Shown in pieces: positions 50,389 to 63,554 of a stretch of DNA of 64,000 nucleotides. This DNA comes from Octopus sinensis (lineage: Eukaryota), in the NCBI RefSeq assembly GCF_006345805.1, contig NC_043001.1, forward strand, positions 11,904,001 through 11,968,000, in the 5' to 3' direction. The notes under the pieces were generated by a model that was not told where the DNA came from, searched no databases, and worked only from the letters and a program-made list of their open reading frames with translations. The number at the start of each line of letters is the position of its first letter. Positions within the stretch are counted from its first letter, which is position 1. The position numbers and the translations under genes were made by a program.

Positions 50389-51877
50389 CAGTGATCCTCG
50401 CTACTTCGCGGTTCAACTATCGCGGATTCACGACTTCGCGAATTTTAAATATATATATATAAAAGATGTTTGAAAACGCCACTATATAAGATAAATTTTA
50501 ATTTTCTTAGAAATTTTACATGTTTCGGTTCTTCTTGAAAAAGAAACCTTATCAAAAATATTTTAAAAAGTTAAGTGTAATAAAAAAGTTCATAATTGTT
50601 TCTTACTGGTCTTAACAGAATCCACGTGGTGGTTTTTAGCTGTCTTATGTGTCCGAATGGTCAGTGGCTGAAATAGCAGTAGCAGCAGTGACTGTTGGTC
50701 GTAGTTTTAGTAACTGTGGTGGTGGTTGGATTTGCAGCAGCCCATTGGTTGCAGCAGCTTAGCTGTGGCAGTAGCAGCAGCAGTAGTGGAGGACTGTTGA
50801 TCGTAGTAGTAATAGGTGGTTATAGTAGTAGTAATAGTAGTGACCACGGTGGTTGTAGTTGTAGTAATAGAAGCAACAGTCGTAGTGATCGTGGTGGTTG
50901 TGGTAGAATTCCATTTTTCCTTTCGGAAGACCAATGTATTGTTTTAATGTTCCTGGCCCAGGTTGTTCAAACTTGGTCCGAATTTTGAACCAAGTTTGAA
51001 AAACCTGGGCCAGGAACATTAAAACAATACATTGGTCTTCCGAAAAGAAAAATGGAATTCTACCACAACCACCACGATCACTACGACTGCTTCCACTACC
51101 ACTGCTTCTACAACCACCGTGGTCACTACTATTACTACTACTACAACCACAACCACCTATTACTACTACGATCAACAGCCCCCCACTGCTGCTGCTGCTA
51201 CAACCAGTGGGCTGCTGCAAACCCAACCACCACCACCACCACCACGGTTACTACAACTACGACCAGTACGAAACAATTATGAACTTTTTGTATTACACTT
51301 AACTTTTTAAAATATATTTTTGATAAGGTTCGTTTTTTCAAGAAGAACCGAAACATGTAAAATTTCTAAGAAAATTTAAATTTATCTTATATAGTGGCGT
51401 TTTCAAACTTCTTTTTTATAAATATATACCCACTCGTATATATATTTATATATGAGCACCAAAAATATTTCATTAAATCCATTAAAATATTAATAAATAT
51501 TATTTCCTAGACTAAGAACAACAAAACGAGCGTAAAATAGCAAAAAAGTATATGTAGGGGTATTTGAACTTAAGACGGGCTGTGATTGGTGCAATGGGGA
51601 GAGAGACGACGAATCACAGCTTTCTATTTTGTAATCTGGCCTGTGTATCAGTAACAATCTTTATTTTTTTTAAATCTAAAATGTTATTGCTTAACAGTTT
51701 TCCTTCTTATTAATAGACTACTGTAATAGGTTGGGTTGTTAACAGTACAGGGAAAAGTTTTAAAAGTACAAATACACGTTAAATAAATACTGTAAATTTC
51801 GTGTCCCTACTTCGCGGAAATTCAGTTATCGCGGCCGGTCTCGGATGCAATCTACCGCTAAAAGCGATGGAGCACTA
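50389..51877. mobile_element. pogo/Tigger-type non-autonomous element containing a ~1 kb palindrome
   Basis: TA-flanked TIR-like ends cagtgatcctcgctacttcgcgg and reverse-complement tagtgctccatcgcttttagcgg. Confidence 0.65.
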
Positions 51878-52307
51878 TATTTTAATCAGAAACGCCTACA
51901 TACATGCGTGTGTAAGCATTTTGACATTGTTTATACATGTGAGTCTTATGAAAATAACGACTGTGTTATAGTTGCTTCTGTTACCTATTATTTGTTCCGT
52001 CCATAAGACAGCTGCCATGCTGAACAGCGTTGTCCTACACGCTGATACTTATCGTTGAGTTTGGTACTTACTCTATCGGATCTTGTGACGAAACGCTAAG
52101 TTATAGAGACGTAAACAAACCAGAAACGTTTCTCAAGCGGTACCGTGGGACAAACAAAAATAAATGTAGACACAAACTTACATAAACTGACATTTGGTGC
52201 CAAGTTTACCGCAAAAATTGGTCAACACTGAACAAAGTCACTAGTATTATGCGGAATTCTATATGAGATAAATGAATTACTAACACTGTACGTGTATTTT
52301 ACTACGT

Positions 52308-52694
52308 GGGAGGCGGAATGGCCCAGTGGTTAGGGCAGCAGATTCGCGGTCATAGGATCGCGGTTTCGATTCCCAGACCGGGCGTTGTGAGTGTGTATTG
52401 AGCGAAAACACCTAAAGTTCCACAAGGCTCCGGTAGGGGATGGTGGTGATCCCTGCTGTACTCTTTCACCACAACTTTCTCTCACTCTTACTTCCTGTTT
52501 CTGTTGTACCTGTATTTCAAAGGGCCGGCCTTGTCACTCTCTGTGTCACGCTGAATATCCCCGAGAACTACGTTAAGGGTACACGTGTCTGTGGAGTGCT
52601 CAGCCACTTACACGTTAATTTCACGAGCAGGCTGTTCCGTTGATTCGGATCAACCGGAACCCCCGTCGTCGTGACCGACGGAGTGCTTCCATCC
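52308..52694 (+). mobile_element. SINE family C
   Basis: 12 bp TSD attttactacgt at 52296-52307 and 52695-52706. Confidence 0.93.
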
Positions 52695-53360
52695 ATTTTA
52701 CTACGTACTCATAAGAAATCTACCACGAATCAGTGTTGAAATAACGTGTTTAGCAGAAGGAAAATATTTACGTTAATGAGATCGTAAGCTGAAATGTATT
52801 TATTAAAGTATGTTGGCTTAATTAGATATTTTCTTTTTATGTGTCACCTTTAAAAGGAATAAGGTCAATATGGAGGAAATAGAAATATTTAGTTGTATAC
52901 CAAATGAATGCTAATTTATAGGAGTAGGCATTACGGTGTTCTTAAAAAGCTCGCCTTGTAATGAAAATGTATTCTTATAGTCCGGGGACAACGAGTAAGT
53001 TTGGTTGACAGGAACACTTTGATAGCTCACCATAAACACACACACACATTAATTGACGAAGGAAGCGGAAGATAGATTTGGTACTAGTCTGAGTTCAGTA
53101 CGACGATCGCTCCGACCCCTCCTGCGACTTTACGGGTTGGGTGTTGGGTGTTGCGCATCCAATAGTCATGCATCATCGGGGCAGTCTGAGTCTCATCAGA
53201 GACATGCATATATAAAGTGGTGCCCCGTTAAATATATTGAGTTCTCGCAGGTATGTTGTTGTTCAGCCGCTGTGTCTTCGTTATAACCAGTGAATAGAGC
53301 TCGCCACAGTTCTCCTTAAATATTAAATAGCCATAACAAAATAACCGTAAACACAAAAAT

Positions 53361-53747
53361 GGGATGGAAGCACTCCATCGATACGACGACGAGGGTTCCA
53401 GTTGATCCGAATCAACGGAACAGCCTGCTCGTGAAATTAACGTGTAAGTGGCTGAGCACTCCACAGACACGTGTAGCCTTAACGTAGTTCTCGGGGATAT
53501 TCAGCGTGACACAGAGAGTGACAAGGCCGGCCCTTTGAAATACAGGTACAACAGAAACAGGAAGTAAGAGTGAGAGAAAGTTGTGGTGAAAGAGTACAGC
53601 AGGGATCACCACCATCCCCTGCCGGAGCCTCGTGGAGCTTTTAGGTGTTTTCGCTCAATAAACACTCACAACGCCCGGTCTCGGAATCGAAACCGCGATC
53701 CTATGACCGCGAGTCCGCTGCCCTAACCACTGGGCCATTCCGCCTCC
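53361..53747 (-). mobile_element. SINE family C
   Basis: Reverse complement of 52308-52694; 40 bp flanking duplication. Confidence 0.93.
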
Positions 53748-54039
53748 AAAATTATTAAATAGCCATAACAGAATAACTGTAAACAGAAAAATATAAACTA
53801 TAAGATAATATTAAAATATATAGAGAGGGTAAGACGTTTTAAAGAGATATTAGGTTGCATTAAGTTTAAAGGGACGGGGTCTACACTTACTAAGAGATAC
53901 GCAGGCGTAAAAACACGCAGACACACACATACAAAGACGCACACACATCACATTCACAAAAAACAAGACACCCGCTCTCACCCCGTAAAAATCTTGCAAT
54001 CGTCAGATATATGATCGTAAGATTAAGATAGCAAGAAAA

Positions 54040-54270
54040 GGCGCCGAGCTGGCAGAAACGTTAGAATGCCGAGCGAAATACTTTGTGGTATTTCGTCCGC
54101 CGTTGCGTTCTGAGTTCAAATTCCACCGAGGTCGACTTTGCCTTTCATCCTTTCGGGGTCGATTAAATATGTACCAGTTAGTCACTGGGGTCGATGTAAT
54201 CGACTTAATCCGTTTGTCTGTCCTTGTTTGACCCCTCTATGTTTAACCCTTTGTGGGAAATAAAAAAAAA
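54040..54270 (+). mobile_element. SINE family A
   Basis: Full head, core and tail. Confidence 0.9.
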
Positions 54271-54488
54271 TAAATAAATGAAGATTAATATAGTAAGATC
54301 TGTCATCACGGTTACATAAAAATCTTGATGTAAGTTATGAATTGAAAACTAAAATTTTAAATAAGTTATTATAATTAGAGTGGTAAATATTGGAAAACTT
54401 TCCATTTACCATTGTCTATTGCCATTGGAAATAGAGATGAATATCAAAACTGCATTTGTTTTGCAAGATTCGTAGGGATGCGTCTTAC

Positions 54489-54521
54489 CAGGATGCAGAA
54501 GGTCGACGAAATTTTCTGACG
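54489..54521 (-). CDS. candidate 33 nt symmetric exon
   Basis: tttttgttttcgtttttaag acceptor, CTG/gtaaga donor; open in all three frames. Confidence 0.4.
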
Positions 54522-54590
54522 CTTAAAAACGAAAACAAAAATAAATCAGGAAGTAAACGAAAATAAATATAACATATAACATATAACAAC

Positions 54591-54962
54591 AGGCGAAGGA
54601 GTGGCTGTATGGTAAGTAGCTTGCTTACCAGCCACATACTTCCGGGTTCAGACCCACTGCGTTGCATCTTAAGCAAGCGTCTTCTACTATAGCCTCGGGC
54701 CGACCAAAGCCTTGTGAGTCGATTTGGGGGACGAAAACTGAAAGAAGCCCGTCGTATATGCATATATGTGTGTGTGTGAGTGTTTGTGTGTTTGTGTGTC
54801 TGTGTTTGTCCCGCCAACATCGCTTGACAACCGATGCTAGTGTGTTTACGTCTTAGCGTAAGTACTAGGCTTACAAAGAATAATTCCTGGGGTCGATTTG
54901 GTCAAATAAAGGCGGTGCTCGAGCATGGCGGCAGTCAAATTACTGGAACAATTAGAAGAGAA
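54591..54962 (+). mobile_element. SINE family B, full length
   Basis: Matches other B copies. Confidence 0.88.
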
Positions 54963-55864
54963 TATTTTATACTTTTTTAATTTGCTAAAATTCCGCATCC
55001 GTGACATGAATCGGAATTACATATATCAATATCGAATTAAGCTGTAGATTCAGCGAATCTCGTTATTTATTTTCTAAGTGATTTCATATTTCAACGCCCA
55101 CTTGTGTATAATACTGAAAATTTTCTTAGTGTTATTTTAAATCACTACTTTGGCAAGTAAGGCGTATTCTATATTCACCTGGAGAAGTCAAAATTCAAAT
55201 AATATTAGTCATTGATTAATATAAATTTACACACGTAATTATTTTAATTAGTCTTTCAACGTTCCCTAGATTACAGATGTTAACACTACATTATCAATTT
55301 ATTTTTTTTGTGTTATATATTCTGTTTTAAAATTACATTTTTGAAGTTTCTAAATAAATCATATTCGTAAATTACTTTTTCCTTTCTTTTTGTAGAAGGG
55401 TTATTTAATGGACAATAGAAGAAAAGCTGTGAATTATTACCTCCAGGGATGTATTGCTTTAAATAAAACAGAATTATATCTGGGATGTACAAGTGGTGAA
55501 AATAGCACTTTATTCAAGTCAGATAGATGGTGATAAGGAAGCTATCATACATCAAAATGAAAAGTATCATCTGTGAATTAAGATGAAATGATGTGTAGAA
55601 ATATATTCTAACAACTATCAATTAAAATAGCTAGATTAAAACAAGCGCGAAATTTCTTATGGAGAAACGAGAGTATGGTCAAAATTGTGCGGTTATTAGC
55701 AACATATATAGTGAGGTCTATAAATTTTTAACTTTCTATGGGAGACGAGAAAAATTTTGTATCCATATGCACACACACACATATATATACGCAGAAACAA
55801 GGAAAAATATGCAAATAATTTTTTTTTTCATTAAAGATTTCCAAAATGTAATTACTTTCTATAC

Positions 55865-55904
55865 TTAGAGTTGAAAAAGTCTCAAAGACTGAAACCGGTG
55901 CTAA
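55865..55904 (+). ncRNA. decayed HHR motif with U3-A8 core
   Basis: UUGAAAA-AGUC-ucaaa-GACU-GAAA-CCGG-UG; cleavage triplet mutated, stem I weak. Confidence 0.35.
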
Positions 55905-55978
55905 AATGGTTTTTGTGATAAAATTATCTTAGCATTTTCTACCTTGACTTACTTTCCTTATATATATACATATATATA

Positions 55979-56044
<66 letters not shown>

Positions 56045-56056
<12 letters not shown>

Positions 56057-56232
56057 CCATGTTAGATCGTTAGCTCCTACATACATTTTTTTCTCTCCTT
56101 GTTTTTTTTTCTGTGTATCTTTCTATCGAAGAGCGTAGGCTCGAAACCTAACAGACTTGTTCTATTTCTATTCCTGAGCGCCATACTAATACATTTGTTT
56201 GTTTGTACTCCACCTGCCTTCGTCTTTTGTTT
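56045..56232 (+). mobile_element. family H2 element with decayed HHR motif at 56119-56154
   Basis: cttt-ctatcga-a-gagc-gtag-gctc-gaaa-cct; between (GA)n and (TA)n. Confidence 0.65.
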
Positions 56233-56251
56233 GTTTTCGTGAACCTTCCCG

Positions 56252-56291
<40 letters not shown>

Positions 56292-57156
56292 CCAATCTTC
56301 ACTGCTAAATCCACGATTTTCTTTTATTCTCTCTCATTTTATATTCTCGTATTCCTTTCTCTGGAAGAAACTAGGCCCGAACGCATATATGTTATATGTT
56401 AAAAACTGTCAGGAATCATTCTCAATAAACCGGAGCATGACTCGGTTTCCACGTCGTTTGAGTGGTTGAAAATACAAGACGTTCTCCTTGAGGGACATGT
56501 TTACATAGCTGGATTATTCCTCTTCTGTCTGTGATGGAATTCATTTGAGGCTGGGTCATCTCTGCGAGTTGGCAAAATCAACCGTCTATCACCAGCGAGC
56601 TAGTAAACACTTACCTGACAATAAACACGTTAATATTTACAAGAATCGAACCACAGACGACAATACAGACGAAACTACTTCTCTTCAGACAAACCTACAA
56701 TGACACGTTTTCAGAGCAGGAAATGGTATAAGGACATCCTATGACGAAAACCCAACATAATTCTATCCAGTAAAAATAAAGAAAAAAAAAACAGAATCAT
56801 TTAACCGCAAAAATCACGCAAATCACAGAATATACAGAGATGACCAGTCTACCATAAAAAAGCTTCTTGTACCATTCAATAAACGTCATCTTCATAAAAT
56901 AAGAGATTTAAACGACATGAAGAATAGCACCAGTGAACCGTAAATAAAGGGCCTTGTACTTTATTAAATGACTAGCATAAATGGCGAAACTAATCGCTCT
57001 ACAGCAATCAGACACAGATAATGCTCATGATGAATGCAACGAACCAATACAATCCAAAGACTCACATACACGCACGCACACACACACACAAACAGCTTTA
57101 CGCTGACGAATACAAAAGGACATCTGTACTGAATTGATGCTGCTGGCAGTACTTAC

Positions 57157-57183
57157 CTCGTGACTGTGGTGCTGAGGGCAGAG
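57157..57183 (-). CDS. candidate 27 nt symmetric microexon
   Basis: actaaat branch-like motif, tttcttctcacaaatttag acceptor, GAG/gtaagt donor. Confidence 0.42.
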
Positions 57184-57319
57184 CTAAATTTGTGAGAAGA
57201 AATTTAGTTTAAATCAACATTATACATTAAAGTACATATCATATCCTACAATCCTTTTATCTGTTTCAATCATTGAAGGAAAATCTAAATTAAATCAAAC
57301 AGTATGCACCCTCCCCACA

Positions 57320-57321
57320 CC

Positions 57322-57369
<48 letters not shown>

Positions 57370-57379
57370 CCCCTCTCTG

Positions 57380-57411
<32 letters not shown>

Positions 57412-57415
57412 ATAT

Positions 57416-57449
<34 letters not shown>

Positions 57450-57505
57450 TGATAGATAGATAGATAGCTAGAGAGCTAGATAGCTAGATAGATAGATAGA
57501 TAGAT

Positions 57506-57580
<75 letters not shown>

Positions 57581-57605
57581 TATATATATATAGATAGATA
57601 GATAG

Positions 57606-57685
<80 letters not shown>

Positions 57686-57720
57686 GTTAAATATCACCAT
57701 TCCGAAATATAACAATATAT

Positions 57721-57795
<75 letters not shown>
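57320..57795. repeat. (TA)n/(TAGA)n/(GA)n compound microsatellite
   Basis: Directly visible. Confidence 0.97.
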
Positions 57796-57797
<2 letters not shown>

Positions 57798-58242
57798 CTG
57801 CTATAGCTAGATAGATAGATAGATAAATAGAAAGAAGATAGATTCAGATGGTTTACGTTGAAGCAGCAAGTCATTGCGGTATTATAGATAATCCAATGTA
57901 TTCCATCGGTTTAATCCCTATCATATGATGCGAAAGTCATTGTTATATATTCGCGATAATTAAAATTACCAATAATGGCGTAAAAACAAAAAGACCAATA
58001 TGGAGAAGAAATTAATGTAATTAATATTTCATTTGTATGTTACAAAAAGATGACAGTTCTTTTTTAAACATAACAGTACAAATAAATTGAATTACTGGTT
58101 TACAGACTTTACAGAATTGAATTACAAATAAACTCAATATATATAGACTTTAACTTTTACTGTATTATCCCTTCAAGAGAATGAAATGTTTATCTAACTT
58201 CCATGGGGTCTGTATTAACGCTGAAGGAGGCCTACCACCATA

Positions 58243-58458
58243 TACTCTTTACTCTTTACTTTTTTACTTGTTTCAGGCATTTGACTGGGGCCATGCTGGA
58301 GCACCGCCTTAATCGAGCAAGTCGACCCAGGAAATTATTTTTTGTAAGCCCAGTACTTATTCTATCGGTCTCTTTTGCCGTACCGATAATTGACGGGGAC
58401 GTAAACACACCAGCATCGGTTGCCAAGCAATGCTAGGGGGACAAACACAGACGCACAA

Positions 58459-58508
<50 letters not shown>

Positions 58509-58580
58509 TATATATATATATATATACATATATACGACAGGCTTCTTTCAGTTTCCGTCTACCAAATCCACTCACAAGGC
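58243..58580 (-). mobile_element. SINE family B, 5'-truncated
   Basis: Matches other B copies. Confidence 0.88.
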
Positions 58581-58847
58581 ATTTAGGTTATTTAGGATAT
58601 GTAACATTCTTTGGAATAAACCAAATGCTTCGAATTTCCCATCAAATAGATGATAGGACTGAAACATATATGTAGGTTTTTAATTTTGTTTCAATTAATT
58701 TTTTTTTTTTTAGTTTTCAACCAGCAATTCAATTTATTTGTACTGTTATGCTTTTCTTTTAAGAAACTGTCATCTTTTTGTAACATACAAATAAATTAAC
58801 TACATGCATCTCTTCTCTATTTTCTTCTTCTTGCTTTACACCAATAT

Positions 58848-58882
<35 letters not shown>

Positions 58883-59075
58883 TATATACAAGTAAAAAGC
58901 AACAAAAATGGATCAATATTTTGGTACAATTAATCCATTTTTGTTGCTTTTTTCTTGTTTATAATCACCCCACATTATCTTATGGTTAATACCATATAGA
59001 TTTCTGGTGCATCTAAGTTAAGTACCTCATTCATGTGAATTCAACAGAACTCACTTGAATCTTAATTGCTTTTAC

Positions 59076-59189
<114 letters not shown>

Positions 59190-60500
59190 AGTTCAAGGAG
59201 AAAATGTAGAACTTTTTGAGGGAATCCCAAAAGTCAGATTTCTAAGAAAGATTCCTCATATCAAAGTAGTAACCTGCTATTTCAAGTAATTTAAAATATC
59301 AAAATATGAGAATTAAAACTGTGTGATGCGTATTATAGGATAAAATCCAACTAACAGTTTAAAAAAACGTAGAAGAGATGGTAAAAGTTTCTAGACATTT
59401 TTAATCCATAGGATCAATTCGAATGACAGTACTGACATGTAAGATAACATGGAAAATACTACACTAATTATTATAATAATTAAAATAATAATTATATTAA
59501 ATTAATTTAATTAGGTATTACCATTCTTTTCAGTGGAAAAAATTAATAACACATCAAAAAATTATTAACAAAAGAATATTACAATAAAACTACAGAGAGC
59601 CTTTGTCTGATAAAGTTGATCGGATATTCATAACAAGAATGTGAAATAGAAAAAAATAGAGATATAGGAATATGTTAATGTCTTGTTGAGTATATCTGTG
59701 TTGAAATATTTAAATATTTTTAACTGTTAGTTGGGTTTATACAGTATTTTATACTACGATGCTCATAACACATTTTAATTATATGTATATATATTTATAT
59801 GGCGATGGAAATGTTGATTGACACTCTCACACACAAATGCACTCACATATATACATATTCACACATGTATGCAGGAGTGTGTACGTGTGTACATGCGTGT
59901 GGGCATAGGTATGTGTGGATCAGCATGTATGTACATGTGTGCTACAGATTAAAAGTTTTAAAATATAGAACTTTATTTTATAGTCACGATGTTACAGTCT
60001 ATATAACTGTGAATATTTTAATAAGAAAACCAATGGATATGGGTACGCATCCTGCGAGTACTTTCATTTTATAAGCATATTAATATTTCATTGCATCGTA
60101 AATCCGAAATAACGATTCCAAAGAAACCAATAAACTTACCAATCAGTCCAGTAAATTTTGTTGTTAAGATTAATATTTTAGTAGACGAGTCTACATTAGT
60201 CTATTAACGCTACTACAGTTTGTCATAGGTTCAAAATAAATGTATCCCAAATATTCGGGGTAGAATATTGCCTCATCCAACCATCTTTTTCCGTGAAATC
60301 TTTCTGGGTAGTTAGTGAAAAGAGAGTCTTCTGATACATCCTGCATAGACTCCTATGAAAAGAAACCGTCGTGACACCTTCCTAATGGATGTTCAAGTGC
60401 AGCCAACTGAGACAATAAATATTTTTAAACATTTCTTTCTTGTCTATTATTTCATTTATTTACAATTGATGGATATTTGTCCTCATCTTGCTTGTTGTTA

Positions 60501-60544
60501 AGACAACGTTTCGGCTGATATACCCTCCAGCTTTCAACAGGTGT
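60501..60544 (-). ncRNA. type-I HHR motif with A6U substitution
   Basis: Minus strand ACAC-CUGUUGA-A-AGCUG-gaggguauau-CAGCC-GAAA-CG-UU-GUCU. Confidence 0.5.
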
Positions 60545-60784
60545 CTTCGGGAAATTTCGAACCTGGTTTCTTTCTTTGTCTACAAGAAGACCACCTTAAT
60601 ATCCTTACCCGTGACGTTCAAATTAAATGTCCGAAGAAGCGGAGCTGAGAATTCTCAATGCGGAGAAACAGCGGTTCGTTCTATAGGAATTCCCTGATAT
60701 TTGAGATACGCACCCTGTCGAATAATGTTACTAGACTGACCCTTCGAAGGAACTGCGTTTCGTCTGCTTCTACTCACGATCGTT

Positions 60785-61152
60785 GTGGAGGCGCAATGGC
60801 CCAGTGGTTAGGGCAGCGGACACGCGGTCGTAGGATCGCGGTTTCGTTGTGAGTGTTTGTTGAGCGAAAACACCTAAAAGCTCCACGAGGCTCCGGCAGG
60901 GGATGGTGGTGATCCCTGCTGTACTCTTTCACCACAACTTTCTCTTACTCTTACTTCCTGTTTCTGTTGTACCTGTATTTCAAAGGGCCGGCCTTGTCAC
61001 ACTCTGTATCATGCTGAATATCCCCGAGAACTACGTTAAGGGTGCACACGTCTGTGGAGTGCTCAGCCACTTACACGTTAATTTCACGAGCAGGCTGTTC
61101 CGTTGATCGGATCAACCGGAACCCTCATCGTCGCAACCGACGGAGTGCTTCC
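60785..61152 (+). mobile_element. SINE family C
   Basis: 12 bp TSD actcacgatcgt at 60772-60783 and 61153-61164. Confidence 0.93.
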
Positions 61153-61219
61153 ACTCACGATCGTAACATTTGTCTTATTACCCAACATTCATGATCGAAG
61201 GTGAAAACTGTTGCGAAAA

Positions 61220-61995
61220 CCGAATTAAGGATAGCAGATTTAACCTTCTTACCAACCCCTTCTGCGGATCGAATGCTTAAGCTGACGCATTATTGTGCGC
61301 ACACCTGTAATTGTAGCAGCCAATTCAGTTTCCTGCGTCTCATCACTCATGAATACGGCACTGAAATATTGTTCCACTTCCTCACTGATGTTCCAAACTT
61401 GCAGAGTGCACTGGGAAGAACACTTTCCAGACGACCGACGTCTCACGCTTCGTAACGCTTATCCTCGTAGTAGTAGGAGCACTCCGTCGGTTGCGACGAT
61501 GAGGGTCCCAGCTGATACGATCAACGGAACAGCTTGCTCGTGGAATTAACGTGTAAGTGGCTGAGCACTCCACATACACGTGTACCCTTAACGTAGTTCT
61601 CGGGGATATTCAGCGTGACACAGAGAGTGACAAGGCCGGCCCTTTGAAATACAGGTACAACAGAAACAGGAAGTAAGAGTGAGAGAAAGTTGTGGTGAAA
61701 GAGTACAGCACGGATCACCACCATCCCCTGCCGGAGACTCGTGGAGCTTTTAGGTGTTTTCGCTCAATAAACACTCACAATGCCCGGTCTGGGAATTGAA
61801 ACCGCGATCCTACGACCGCGAGTCCGCTGCCCTAACAACGGGACCATTGCGCCTCCACTTATCCTCGTAGCCTCCTTGCAGCGTTGGTAGCTAACTTATT
61901 CAGTGCAAGATGGAGATCGCCTTCCGATGCACCAAGGAGAACGACGTTGCCTGCAAATGTGAAAATACTGGTGGTAAACACGCCGACTGGGACCA
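61220..61995 (-). mobile_element. RTE-clade (Rex3/Expander-like) RT fragment interrupted by a SINE
   Basis: FAGNVVLLGASEGDLHLAL, QCTLQV, EEVEQYFSAVFMSDETQETEL resemble the LFADDVVLL..DLQ..L / VEEFKYLG region. Confidence 0.7.
61471..61857 (-). mobile_element. SINE family C
   Basis: 13 bp TSD cttatcctcgtag at 61458-61470 and 61858-61870. Confidence 0.93.
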
Positions 61996-62207
61996 ATTAA
62001 ATCAATGGTAATATTATTAGGAGATAACCTTAGATTCCACTGTGGTAACTGCAAATTTAACTAGCGCTCGATTTATAATCTAATAGAGATTAAGAGCTTA
62101 AAGATGTTACCACATTTAATATAGTGCAGAGAAAACATTCATTTGTCAAAGACGTACATATTTTATATATGCGGCATTCTAGGATATGTAACTTTGGAAT
62201 AAACTCC

Positions 62208-62346
62208 GTGGTTTTGTGGTAAAAAGCTTGCCTCCAAACCATATGGTGCAGAGTTCAGTCCGACTGCGTGGCACCTTAAGCAAACGTCTTCTGTTTTACC
62301 CGTGGGCTGACCAAAGCTTTGTGAGTAGATTTGGTAGATGTCTGTC

Positions 62347-62384
<38 letters not shown>

Positions 62385-62592
62385 GTGTGTGTGTGTGTGT
62401 GTACCATCGCTTGACAACCGATACAGGTGTGTTTATGTCACCCACAAATTCGCGGTTCAGAAAAAGGGGGCGATGGAATAAGTATTAGGCTTACAAAGAG
62501 TAAGTCCTGGGGTCGATTTCGACAAAAGCACTTGAATGCGGTACTCCAGCATAGCCGTAGTCGGATGTCCGAAACAGTTACAAGAATAAAAG
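62208..62592 (+). mobile_element. SINE family B, decayed
   Basis: Matches other B copies. Confidence 0.8.
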
Positions 62593-63044
62593 AACACATG
62601 TTATAGAGGTGAAATGTATTTCTTACATTGAAAAATAACTGAATTTTGTCTACTTTCCAGACTACAATTTAAATGCACATTCCGTTATATGGCAGTTCCT
62701 GCACGGAATATATCATACTTTCCACCTATGTCAGCTACAAAACTAAAGTCGTACAAATATAGGAGGGAAATAATTCTGTTACGATACATTAAAATGCAGC
62801 CTGAAGACCGGTTCTTTATGAATAACACCATAATATAAACATTCAAAACAACCATAATCATATATTTTAGATGTATTATGGGTTTTGACTTACTCATTCC
62901 TAGATATTATGTCTATTTATTACAATATATATATATGTATATATATATGTATAATATATATATATATATTTATTATATATATAATATATATATATATATA
63001 CATAAATATATATAGACATATATATATATATATATATAAACTAT

Positions 63045-63108
<64 letters not shown>

Positions 63109-63554
63109 CATATGTATGTATGTAAGTATGTATATGAATTAATACCAGAATTGTTTCGCTGTATGCTAACATAAATCAGGTTAGTTCTCAAGACAAAAGT
63201 AGCTAATATTTACAGTGATAATGTAATTAACTGGCCACTTAGATAGACACACCCACTGGCTTGAAACTTGTTGTATATACGCTATGATAACCTTTATACC
63301 CAAAGTGCTATTATAATTGCGAAGTCCCAACGCACCATCGACAATACAAAAAATGTGTGTATGTTATGTTTCAAAGTTTGAGCATCATGTGATTCTTAGA
63401 AATTCTAGGTTTGTCAGTAAAATTTGATCAATAAGTCGTTATGGAATATAGGGAAATGAAGACTGCACTACGAAGCCTTTTTTAAAAACGCCCTACCTTG
63501 GGGTAAATTCAAATAAAGGAGGATTAGTTAATTATGATTTTATTCAAGGTATTT

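Noticed and set aside
50695-51310. Mirror-image ORFs on both strands
   Set aside because: Products of the palindrome and its trinucleotide repeats
56930-57030. Possible GIY-YIG remnant (GLVLY*MTSINGETNRS..IR)
   Set aside because: Too short and decayed to support a Penelope ORF call by eye
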